This document shows, piece by piece, positions 45,336 through 57,653 of a DNA stretch of 64,000 nucleotides. How positions within the stretch are numbered: the first letter of the stretch is position 1; the number at the start of each line of letters is the position of its first letter. Where the stretch lies: positions 4,503,106-4,567,105 of the forward strand of contig CAWFMF010000004.1 in the NCBI GenBank assembly GCA_963816985.1. The letters are read 5' to 3'. Position numbers and translations under genes: made by a program. This DNA is from an uncultured Acidobacteriota bacterium. GTDB lineage: Bacteria; Acidobacteriota; Blastocatellia; Pyrinomonadales; Pyrinomonadaceae. The notes beneath the pieces were generated by a model. It saw only the letters and a program-made list of their open reading frames with translations, searched no databases and had not been told where the DNA came from.

Positions 45336-47420
45336 ATGAACGCCCGCACTCGCCGCTCTCTGCTCCCGCACATGCTCGCCCTCGTCCTCTGCCTCTGCGG
45401 CGCAGCCCCTTTGCGCAACGGGCAGGCGCAAAAGAACACAGGGAAGTCTTACCGCCCGGACATCCGCCGCGCCCTCAAGTCTCGACAGAAGAGCGCGAAC
45501 TTCCCCGCCCGCTCCGGCTCATACGCGCCGCGACGTGCGCGCAAGTCACCGGCCCGGCTCGCGCGCACGTCGCGCCCGGCCACGAGTGACGCGCGGCAAA
45601 GGCCGACCGCCCGTCCCGCGATTGTGCGCCGCGACGCTGCGAAACGAATCGAGCGCAAAGCCGAAGCCGCCGCCCTCCCGAACATCACGCCGGGCACGCC
45701 GCTCAGCCGCGTCTTGCACACCTCGCAACTGAGCCTCGTCAGCTCCGCCGGTACTCACGAGCAGTTCGTTGACGTGGACGGCGACCTCCTCGCCGACCAG
45801 CGCACGACGTTCGACTCCGACGGCGGCTCCTTCGACATCGCCGTCGGGCGCACGGGCGACCGCTACGAAGTCTTCACGGCGATTGACGACCGTGGGACGG
45901 GGACAATCAACGACGACGTTTCGACGGGCATCCTCGTCCTCGCGCGCGACTCTAACGGCAACTACCAGCGCGACCTCTCGGCCACCTTCGACCTCGGCAG
46001 GGACTTCGGCTTCCCCTCGGCGGTCTCGGTCGTCTCCGGCACCTCGGCGACGGGCCGCGAGTTCGTCGTCGTCTCCTCCAGCGGCTTCTTCAACAGCGAC
46101 GACCCCGACGACCCGAACAACGAAGAGTCGCCCGGCGTCGTCCTCCTCGTCCGCGACCCCTCGACCGGCGGCTTCGACGACTCGCGCACGCGCGAACTCA
46201 TCAGCGTCGGCGACGACCGCATCTTCAACGCCAACGCTCTCGCGCTCCTCCCGTCCGGCGACCTCGTCATCGCCGACTTCCAGTCGAACGAGCTGCGCGT
46301 CGTCCACGACACCAACGGCGACCGCATCCCCGACGTGCTCTCGCCCGACCCCTACTGGGACTTCCCCTTCTCCGCCAACGCCGAGGACGCGCCGCTCGAC
46401 ATCGCCTCGAACTCGCGCGGCGTCGTCTTCACGCACACCGTCGGCAACGACACGCAGATGCTCGCCGTCTACGACGACAACGCCGACGGCTTCGCCGACA
46501 CCGACGAGATACGCGCCGAGGGACTCTCGATAGACAACAACCTCGTCCTCCACGGCCTGACCGTGGGCCGCGACGGCACGGTCTACATCATCGAAGACGC
46601 GACGGGCGAGAGCGACCTGCCAGCCGACGGCGGCAACGGCGGTATCCCGCGCATTGACGCCTTCCCCGACCCGGCCTTGAACGGCGTGCTGCGCGACGGC
46701 GCGATCTTCGAGTTCGCCGACGACGAATTCACGCAGGCGCTCTCCGGCCTCTCCTTCGGCGTCGAAACCGTCCTCAACCCGGTCGCGCATCTTTCGATGA
46801 CCAACAGCGCGAGCCAGCAGGGCGACGCGCCGCGAGGCGGACTGGCGACCATCAAAGGCACGGGCCTCACGCGCGGCGCGACGGGCGCAACTCGCGCCGA
46901 AGCGATTGCTCAAGGCGTCGCCGTCACCATCGAAGGCTTCAACGTCCCCGTCCTCTCCTTCGACGACACGCGGATACACATTCAGGTTCCGCAGGAGTTG
47001 GGCGCGGGCGTCGGCTCGGTCATCGTCAACGTGCAGGGCAACATCATCGCCGCCGACGACGCCTTCATCGTCCAGGCCAATCCCGGCGTCTTCACCGTCC
47101 CGCAGACCGGCGCGGGCGAAGCGGTCGCGCTCCTCGCCTCCGGCATGAGCTACACGCAAGCGCCCTTCCCCGCGCGGACGAACAACCAGCCCTCCGTCGT
47201 CTCGCTCCTCGGCACAGGCTGGCGCAACTCTCTGCCCGTCACCGTGAAGATCGGCGGGCAGAACGCCGCCGTCCAGTACGCCGGAGTCGCGGGCGGCTTC
47301 GAAGGGCTCGAACAGATAAACGTCGAGATACCGAACGGCGTGAACGGCGCGGCCACCGTCGTCGTCACCACCGCCTCCGGCGCGACGAGCCGGGGCGACG
47401 TTTTCATCACCGTCCAATGA
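45336..47420 (+). CDS. large secreted protein with C-terminal Solibacter-type uncharacterised domain (TIGR03437-like)
   Basis: Signal peptide. The C-terminal two tandem segments (NPGVFTVPQTGAGEAVALLASG...GGQNAAVQYAGVAGGFEGLEQINVEIPNGV) resemble the TIGR03437 family, which is abundant in Acidobacteria. Confidence 0.6.
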   Translation: MNARTRRSLLPHMLALVLCLCGAAPLRNGQAQKNTGKSYRPDIRRALKSRQKSANFPARSGSYAPRRARKSPARLARTSRPATSDARQRPTARPAIVRRDAAKRIERKAEAAALPNITPGTPLSRVLHTSQLSLVSSAGTHEQFVDVDGDLLADQRTTFDSDGGSFDIAVGRTGDRYEVFTAIDDRGTGTINDDVSTGILVLARDSNGNYQRDLSATFDLGRDFGFPSAVSVVSGTSATGREFVVVSSSGFFNSDDPDDPNNEESPGVVLLVRDPSTGGFDDSRTRELISVGDDRIFNANALALLPSGDLVIADFQSNELRVVHDTNGDRIPDVLSPDPYWDFPFSANAEDAPLDIASNSRGVVFTHTVGNDTQMLAVYDDNADGFADTDEIRAEGLSIDNNLVLHGLTVGRDGTVYIIEDATGESDLPADGGNGGIPRIDAFPDPALNGVLRDGAIFEFADDEFTQALSGLSFGVETVLNPVAHLSMTNSASQQGDAPRGGLATIKGTGLTRGATGATRAEAIAQGVAVTIEGFNVPVLSFDDTRIHIQVPQELGAGVGSVIVNVQGNIIAADDAFIVQANPGVFTVPQTGAGEAVALLASGMSYTQAPFPARTNNQPSVVSLLGTGWRNSLPVTVKIGGQNAAVQYAGVAGGFEGLEQINVEIPNGVNGAATVVVTTASGATSRGDVFITVQ

Positions 47421-47430
47421 AGCCGAACAG

Positions 47431-47540
47431 GTCAGAACCGCGAGCGGTAGCGAGCGGGTGACGATTGACGTTAAGACTCACCCATGAGAGGCGCGTGTCT
47501 GCATAGTTGAGACCCGCCCGCTACCGCAGGCGGTTCTGAC
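47431..47540. repeat. REP-like palindromic element, long subtype D (copy D1)
   Basis: Arms gtcagaaccgcgagcggtagcgagcgggtg / gacccgcccgctaccgcaggcggttctgac around a roughly 50-nt insert containing gttaagac. The core accgcgagcggtagcgagcgggt is shared with family B. Confidence 0.7.
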
Positions 47541-47587
47541 TGGATGCTCTTGCCTGTCAAACGAAAGATGTGTGAAGCTTCCTCCTC

Positions 47588-48709
47588 ATGGAGCTTCAAG
47601 ACCTCAAGACCCCTTCTCTCATCCTCGACGCCACCCGCGTCCGCAGCAACGCCGAGAGGATGTCCGCGCGCGTGCGAGAGTTCGGCGCGGACTTGCGCCC
47701 GCACGTCAAGACGCACAAGTGTGTGGAAGTCGCGCGCCTTCAGACCGAAGGGCACGGCGGCGGCATCACCGTCTCGACGCTCGCCGAAGCGCGCGCCTTC
47801 GCCGCCGAGGGTTTTCGGGACATCACCTACGCCGTCCCCGTCGAGCCCGGCAAGTTCGGCGAAGCAGTAGAACTCGCACGGACGTGCGACCGCTTCGCCC
47901 TCATCACCGACGACGAAAGCATCCCCGGCCCGCTCAATGATGCGGCGCGACGCGGCGGCGTGACCCTCGATGTCTTCCTCAAAGTTGACTGCGGCTATCA
48001 CCGCTGCGGCGTCGAGCCGAACCTGCCCGAAGCGAGAAGCATCCCCCGCCTCATTCAAGACTCGCCTTCGTTGCGCTTCGCCGGAATCCTCACGCACGCG
48101 GGCCACTCGTACCACGCGCGCTCGCGCGAAGAGCTGCTCGCCCTCGCCCGTCACGAGCGCGACTTGATGACCGGCTTCGCCGCCGACCTCCGCGCCGAAG
48201 GCGTCGAAGTCCCCGTTGTGAGCATCGGCTCGACGCCGACCATCACGCACGTTGACCACCTCGAAGGCGTGGACGAAGTGCGCCCCGGCAACTACATCTT
48301 CTTCGACGCCTTTCAGGCCACGCTCGGCAGTTGCGGCTTCGACGACTGCGCTCTGACCGTCCTCACGTCAGTCGTCCACCGCGACCGCACGCGCCGCAAA
48401 ATCGTCCTCGACGCGGGGGCCGTCGCGCTCTCGAAAGACCGTGGTGCGATTGAGTTCGACGAGAGTTGCGGCTACGGTCGCGTCCTCGACCTCGAAGGCC
48501 GGGACACGGGCCTCCGTGTCGAGTCTCTCTCACAAGAACACGGCGCGGTGCTCGTCCCCGACGAAAAGCTCTTCGACTCGCTGCGCGTCGGCACGCGCGT
48601 CCGCGTGCTCGCCAATCACTCGTGCCTCACGGCGGCGCAGCACTCTCATTATCACGTCCTCGAAGGCGAGCGCGTCGTTGACCGTTGGAAGATACACGGC
48701 GGGTGGTGA
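47588..48709 (+). CDS. alanine racemase N-terminal-domain (D-TA / D-serine deaminase-like) PLP enzyme
   Basis: 373 aa. PSLILD...HVKTHKC (PLP lysine) and FLKVDCGYHRCG, typical of the DSD1/low-specificity D-threonine aldolase family. Confidence 0.8.
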   Translation: MELQDLKTPSLILDATRVRSNAERMSARVREFGADLRPHVKTHKCVEVARLQTEGHGGGITVSTLAEARAFAAEGFRDITYAVPVEPGKFGEAVELARTCDRFALITDDESIPGPLNDAARRGGVTLDVFLKVDCGYHRCGVEPNLPEARSIPRLIQDSPSLRFAGILTHAGHSYHARSREELLALARHERDLMTGFAADLRAEGVEVPVVSIGSTPTITHVDHLEGVDEVRPGNYIFFDAFQATLGSCGFDDCALTVLTSVVHRDRTRRKIVLDAGAVALSKDRGAIEFDESCGYGRVLDLEGRDTGLRVESLSQEHGAVLVPDEKLFDSLRVGTRVRVLANHSCLTAAQHSHYHVLEGERVVDRWKIHGGW

Positions 48710-48735
48710 AGCGTGGTGAAATTCCTTTTTGAGAC

Positions 48736-51360
48736 TCACGCGCGCGGCGGGTCTGCGAGCGGGTTTTCGGGCCACGCGTGGCGCGGGTAGCGGCGGCTGA
48801 GTTCCTGACGGACGCGCGGGTAATGACGCGTCCAAAAACCTTCGAGGTCGGTCGTCACCTGCACGGGCCGCTGGTTCGGCGCGAGCAGTTGGAGCACGAG
48901 CGGCGTGCGACCGCCCGCAATCTTCGGCCCCTCGTTCATGCCGAAGAAGTCCTGCAAACGCGAGGCGACGTAAGGCGGTCGCTGCGGCTCGTACTGCACG
49001 CGCACCTGCCGACCGCGCGCGAGCACGACGCGCTCCGGGGCCATCGTCGCCAAAAGTCGCGCGCCTGTCCTGCCGACTTTAGCGCGCAGAAACTCTTGCA
49101 ACTCGCCCGCGCGCACGGCCTCGCGCAACTCCGCGAAGCTTCGCCTGCCTTCACACATCTGTGTGAAGCATTCGCGCACTTCCTCTTCGCCCGGCGCGAC
49201 AAGCTCCGCTTCGGGGAACGTCCGCGCCACAAACTCGACGCGCGCGAGGAAGCGTTCGAGTGTTTCGCGTTCGGCGAACGCATAAACTCCCGCCGAGAGC
49301 GCGGCCCCGGCGAGCACGGACGAAACCTCCTCGCCCGTCGCCTCGTTCGCGCGCCACTCTTCAATCACGAGTTGGTCGTAGACCAGACGCCGCACGGCCT
49401 CGACGCGCTCACCTTGCGCGTTCCAGCGAGCCTCGGTCGTCTCCTTGATTCGCTCGGCAAACAAGTCGAGCAGCCAGTCGGGCTCAATCGCGCTCGCGAG
49501 CCGCACCTGCGTCCTCTGCCCGCGTGCGCTCCCGCCGCCGCGCCCCGCCTGCCTTCGCTCCTCCGCGTCAATCGCCACCATGAACTCCGCCCGCCGCACC
49601 ACGCTCTCCGGCGCGAGCCGCGCACCCCCGCCGCCCGACAATAACAACTCTGCTCCCTCGCCGTCCGCCCCGCCGCCCGAAGCACGACGGCGCGCGACTC
49701 TATCCGGGTAGCCCGCGAGGATGGAAATCAAAAGCTCTCGCTCCTCCTCGTCCGTCAGCGACGCGGGCCGACGCCCGCCGCGCTTCGCTTCCCTCTCGGC
49801 CCCGATGAGACGTTGCAGTTGCCGCCTCACTTTCTCCACCGCGCGCACAGCGTTCGGGTTCAACTCCGCCCTCCGCGAGTGTTCGGGCGAGAAGTCAGAC
49901 TTCGCCGCGCTCTCGAAGAGGTCGAGAAGCTCAAGCAGGTCTGACGTGCCGCTGCTCCGCGCGCGAGGCGTCTGTCTTTCGCGTGAGTCTTGCATGACGC
50001 GGCCCGCGCGGATGTCGCGCTCGCTGACGAGCGCGGCCACGGCGCACGCCTCGCGCGCGACGCCACGGCCTTCGGCCTCGACCACGATGCGCGCCAGACG
50101 AGGGTGCAGCGGCAGGCGCAACATTCGCCGCCCCGTCGGACTCAACTCGCCCGCGTCGTCGAGCGCGCCGAGCCCGCGCAGAAGCTCCCGCGCGGATTCA
50201 AGCGAGGGCTCGGACGGCGGCTCGAACCAGTCGAAGCGTCGGAGGTCGCCGACGCCCGACGCGCTCAGCTCAAGCACCGCCTCCGAGAGATCGAGACGCT
50301 GAATCTCCGGCGCTTCGTGCGCGGGCCGCGCGTTGAAATCCTGCGCCGTGTAGAGACGAAGGCAACGTCCTTCGCGCGTCCTCCCTGCGCGGCCCGCGCG
50401 TTGAATCGCCGAAGCCTTGCTCACGCGCTCGACGTTCAAGACCGGCAGCCCCGACCACGGCGAATGGCCCGCGACGCGCGCGAGCCCGGAGTCTATGACG
50501 GCGGCGACGCCTTCAATCGTCACGGATGATTCGGCGACGTTGGTCGAGAGAATCAACTTGCGTTTCGACGCCGGAGCTACGGCCCGGTCTTGCTCGGCGG
50601 CGGGCATCTCGCCGTGTAAAGGGAGCACGAGCAGGTCGGCTTCGGCGGCGACCGCCGAGCAAGCCGCTTGCGCGCGCCGAATCTCCGCCGCGCCGGGGAG
50701 AAAGACGAGCACGTCGCCCTCCAAGCCTTCCTTCAACAGACGCCTCACAGCGCTCTCGACGAGAAGCTCAAGCGGGCGCTCGTCGTGCCGCGCGAGATGT
50801 TCTATCTCGACCTCGAAGCGTCGGCCCTCGGAGCGCAGCACGGGACAACCTCCGAGGTATCGCGCGAGCGGCGCGGCGTCGAGCGTCGCCGACATCGCCA
50901 CGACGCGCAAATCCTTCCGCCCGCTTTGCCGCAAGCGTTTCAGTAAGGCGAGCGCGAGGTCTGATTGAAGGTGTCGCTCGTGGAATTCATCAAGCACGAC
51001 TATGCTGGCGCGCGCCAGTTGCGGGTCAGAGAGCAAACGGCGTGTGAGCACGCCTTCGGTGAGAAAACGCAGGCGCGTGCGCGGCCCGGACACCTCTTCG
51101 AACCGCACTTGATAGCCGACCGTCTCGCCCAAAGGTTCGCCACGCTCTTCGGCGACGCGCCGCGCCGCGAGCCTCGCCGCTAAACGTCTGGGCTCAAGCA
51201 CCCACACCTCGCCGCCGCCCGCGAGTCCTGCTTCGAGCAGTGCGGCGGGCACGCGCGTCGTCTTCCCCGCGCCGGGCGGGGCCTCGATGACGAGATACGG
51301 CTCTTGCCTCAGAGACTCGATTATCTCCGGCACGAGCGCGTCCACGGGCAAAGGCTGCAT
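48736..51360 (-). CDS. hrpB: ATP-dependent RNA helicase HrpB
   Basis: 874 aa. Walker A EAPPGAGKTT, DEFH box, HA2 and the HrpB C-terminal domain. Confidence 0.9.
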   Translation of the reverse strand: MQPLPVDALVPEIIESLRQEPYLVIEAPPGAGKTTRVPAALLEAGLAGGGEVWVLEPRRLAARLAARRVAEERGEPLGETVGYQVRFEEVSGPRTRLRFLTEGVLTRRLLSDPQLARASIVVLDEFHERHLQSDLALALLKRLRQSGRKDLRVVAMSATLDAAPLARYLGGCPVLRSEGRRFEVEIEHLARHDERPLELLVESAVRRLLKEGLEGDVLVFLPGAAEIRRAQAACSAVAAEADLLVLPLHGEMPAAEQDRAVAPASKRKLILSTNVAESSVTIEGVAAVIDSGLARVAGHSPWSGLPVLNVERVSKASAIQRAGRAGRTREGRCLRLYTAQDFNARPAHEAPEIQRLDLSEAVLELSASGVGDLRRFDWFEPPSEPSLESARELLRGLGALDDAGELSPTGRRMLRLPLHPRLARIVVEAEGRGVAREACAVAALVSERDIRAGRVMQDSRERQTPRARSSGTSDLLELLDLFESAAKSDFSPEHSRRAELNPNAVRAVEKVRRQLQRLIGAEREAKRGGRRPASLTDEEERELLISILAGYPDRVARRRASGGGADGEGAELLLSGGGGARLAPESVVRRAEFMVAIDAEERRQAGRGGGSARGQRTQVRLASAIEPDWLLDLFAERIKETTEARWNAQGERVEAVRRLVYDQLVIEEWRANEATGEEVSSVLAGAALSAGVYAFAERETLERFLARVEFVARTFPEAELVAPGEEEVRECFTQMCEGRRSFAELREAVRAGELQEFLRAKVGRTGARLLATMAPERVVLARGRQVRVQYEPQRPPYVASRLQDFFGMNEGPKIAGGRTPLVLQLLAPNQRPVQVTTDLEGFWTRHYPRVRQELSRRYPRHAWPENPLADPPRA

Positions 51361-51568
51361 GTTGATTTCTTAAAGCAGGCGCGGGCGTTTAGCAAGCATA
51401 GGCGCACCCGAAGGACGCGCCGCTGTTGTCCGGCAAATTAAAGTCCGACAAACTAATGTGAGCTTTCAGACAGCGGCCTTCATCACGTCCGGCGTACAGT
51501 GATTTCAAACCGCTTCCAGCTTTGAAGTTATATTACCGGCATCCCAATTTTAACGAACGAGGGTTTTC

Positions 51569-53089
<1,521 letters not shown>

Positions 53090-53119
53090 CTCACGGCAGA
53101 AGCCCGACCGTGAGGGAGG

Positions 53120-53395
53120 GCGCACGGACTTGGCAGCTTCATGTCCTGCCCTGAAAGGGCAGAAGATAATAGCCGGGGGCAAGCAAACGTAGTTTGCGCC
53201 GCCCCCGGTTGCCCGCAGGTTTATGACTCCGACCCTGAAGGGGTCGCGGCTCAACGTTGAGGTGCGACCCCTTCAGGGTCGGAATTCTTTCTCTGCTGGT
53301 TCCGGGGGCGGCGCTCAGTCGCTGACGCTCCTTCACTCTGCCCCCGGCTATTGTCTGAATCCCCTTCGGGGATATTTGATGAATGCTTTACGCCC
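53120..53395. repeat. composite palindromic hairpin-cluster element (copy A2)
   Basis: Hairpins ctgccctgaaagggcag and atagccggggg...cccccggctat (terminal IR, positions about 53175 and 53345). Central palindrome ccgaccctgaaggggtcgcggctcaacgttgaggtgcgaccccttcagggtcgg, and atccccttcggggat. Same CCCC-NNNN-GGGG architecture and caacgttga core as A1. Sits at a convergent junction. Confidence 0.6.
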
Positions 53396-53399
53396 TCCC

Positions 53400-55565
<2,166 letters not shown>

Positions 55566-55573
55566 CCTTTCCC

Positions 55574-57502
55574 TCACACCTCCGTATGTTCGTTCGTGTA
55601 GAGCGCCGCGCCCCATCCTTCGAGACGGACGCCCGCGCCTTCTTCAACTTCAAAATCATCCGGCGGCCTGACGGCTTCGGCGTCACCGCCGTACTCCTTC
55701 GCCCCCGCCCACAGAGATAGACGCCAACTCCCTTTGCCTGCGGGCGCGGGAATCTTTTGCGTCTCGCCGGAGAGGTTGCAGAAGATGAGGGCCGCGCTCC
55801 CGCCCTCGTCCCCGCGTTCGACGACGAGCCACTGCCGCGACTCGTCGAACGCGACGCGCGTCCGCGTCTTGTCACAGTTTGAGAGAGACGCGTGTCCTTT
55901 GCGTGTCTCAATCAGCTCTCGATAGAAACGGAAGACTTCGGCGTGGGGCGTCTCCTTCATCTTCGACCAGACGAGCTTCGACTGCTCGAACGTCGAAGGG
56001 TCTTGCGGGTCGGCGAAGCCGCCGAGCGCTGAGACGGTCTCGCCCTCCTCTTTAACGAACGAGGCGTACTCCGCCCGCCGCCCTTCGCGCACAGCGCGGC
56101 CCAGAGCCTCGTCGGTGTGGCTCGTGAAGTAGAGGAAGGGCGCGGTCTCGCCCCACTCCTGACCCATGAAGAGCATCGGCACGTTCGGCGCGCAGAGGAG
56201 CAAGATGGCGGCGGCGAGTTTCTGTTGTTCGAGGTTGAGGAGACTGCCGAGCCGGTCGCCCCAGTAGCCGTTGGCTATCTGGTCGTGGTTCTGGACGCAG
56301 ACGACGAGCTGCTCGCCCGGACTGCTCGTCGAAGAGTTGCCGTGCCGCTTGCGCCGGAACGCCGAGCGGCGACCGTCGTAGACGAAGCCTTCACGGATTG
56401 CCTTCGCGAGGTCTGCCAACTGCCCGAAGTCCGCGAAGTAGCCGCGCTCGTTCTTCGTCAGCAGCGCATGAAGCGAATGATGAAAGTCGTCGCTCCACTG
56501 CGCGTCTAAGCCGTAGCCGCCCTCTCCGGCGGGCCGGATGACGCGCACGTCGTTGAGGTCGCTCTCGGCAATCGTCCACGCCTGCCGCCCCAGAGCTTCG
56601 CCTTGCGCGCGGAACTCTTCGGCCAACTCTTCGAGCAGGTGGCGCGGCCCCGTGTCAACGATGCGGTGGACGGCGTCGAGGCGGAGCCCATCAACGTGAA
56701 ACTCCGTCAGCCAGTAGAGCGCGTTCTCGACGAAGTAGCGGCGCACGCCGTCGGATTCGGCGTCGTCGAAGTTGAGCGCGTCGCCCCACGGCGTCCGGTA
56801 GCTGTCGGTGAAGATAGGCGCGTACTCGCCGAGGTAGTTGCCTTCGGGGCCGAGGTGGTTGTAGACGACATCGAGCACGACCGCTAAGCCTTCGCGGTGA
56901 CACGCATCAACGAGCCGCTTCAAGCCTTCGGGGCCGCCGTAGGTGGACTGCGGCGCGTAGAGGTGCGCGCCGTCGTAACCCCAGTTGCGCCCGCCGGGGA
57001 ACTCCGCCACGGGCATCAGCTCGACGGCGTTGACGCCGAGACTCTTCAAGTGCGCGAGCTTCTGGATAACAGCGTCGAATGTGCCTTCGGGCGTGAACGT
57101 CCCGGTGTGCAGCTCGTAGATAATTAAGTCTCGGAGCGCGATTCCCTTCCACTCGTCGTCAGTCCACGCGAACGCATCGGCGTCAACGACGCGCGAGGGG
57201 CCGTGGACGCCTTGGGGCTGATGGCGCGAGACCGGGTCGGGCCGCTCGCGCTCGCCGTTGACGAGATAAAAGTAGTCCGCGCCCGCGCCGACGCCTTTGA
57301 CGTTCGCTGCAAAAACGTCTTCGTCCCCGCGCTCAAGCGCAAACGTTCGCGGCTCCGCACCGACGACCTTGACCGAAAGCGTCTCGGCGCGCGGAGCCCA
57401 CACGCGGAACGTAGTGCTGCCGTCCGTTTGCGGGTGCGCGCCGAAGCGCAGCCGCCAGGGCTTCCGGCTCGACTCGTCTTTTTTAATGTGTGCGGGCTTC
57501 AT
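55574..57502 (-). CDS. treZ: malto-oligosyltrehalose trehalohydrolase
   Basis: N-terminal [19 protein letters not shown], then a GH13 core. Internal start MKPAHIKK. Confidence 0.9.
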   Translation of the reverse strand: MKPAHIKKDESSRKPWRLRFGAHPQTDGSTTFRVWAPRAETLSVKVVGAEPRTFALERGDEDVFAANVKGVGAGADYFYLVNGERERPDPVSRHQPQGVHGPSRVVDADAFAWTDDEWKGIALRDLIIYELHTGTFTPEGTFDAVIQKLAHLKSLGVNAVELMPVAEFPGGRNWGYDGAHLYAPQSTYGGPEGLKRLVDACHREGLAVVLDVVYNHLGPEGNYLGEYAPIFTDSYRTPWGDALNFDDAESDGVRRYFVENALYWLTEFHVDGLRLDAVHRIVDTGPRHLLEELAEEFRAQGEALGRQAWTIAESDLNDVRVIRPAGEGGYGLDAQWSDDFHHSLHALLTKNERGYFADFGQLADLAKAIREGFVYDGRRSAFRRKRHGNSSTSSPGEQLVVCVQNHDQIANGYWGDRLGSLLNLEQQKLAAAILLLCAPNVPMLFMGQEWGETAPFLYFTSHTDEALGRAVREGRRAEYASFVKEEGETVSALGGFADPQDPSTFEQSKLVWSKMKETPHAEVFRFYRELIETRKGHASLSNCDKTRTRVAFDESRQWLVVERGDEGGSAALIFCNLSGETQKIPAPAGKGSWRLSLWAGAKEYGGDAEAVRPPDDFEVEEGAGVRLEGWGAALYTNEHTEV

Positions 57503-57544
57503 TAACTTCCCTTCGTTACTCAACGTCAAAGATGCGCGAAAGAA

Positions 57545-57637
57545 TTGTAGGGGCAGGGCTTGTCCCTGCCCGCAGCCTCCGCTGAATTAATGTCGAGTGT
57601 GCCGCGTCCGCGGGCAGGGACAAGCCCTGCCCCTACA
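57545..57637. repeat. long palindromic repeat, family C (copy C2)
   Basis: tgtaggggcagggcttgtccctgcccg-(39-nt loop)-cgggcagggacaagccctgcccctaca. Identical arms to C1. Lies between the treY stop and the treZ start. Confidence 0.7.
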
Positions 57638-57653
57638 GTTTTACCAGCAGTCT

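Noticed and set aside
45546-47417. 623-aa minus-strand ORF antisense to the TIGR03437 protein gene, and the 45769..46533 plus-strand alternative frame
   Set aside because: Composition artefacts.
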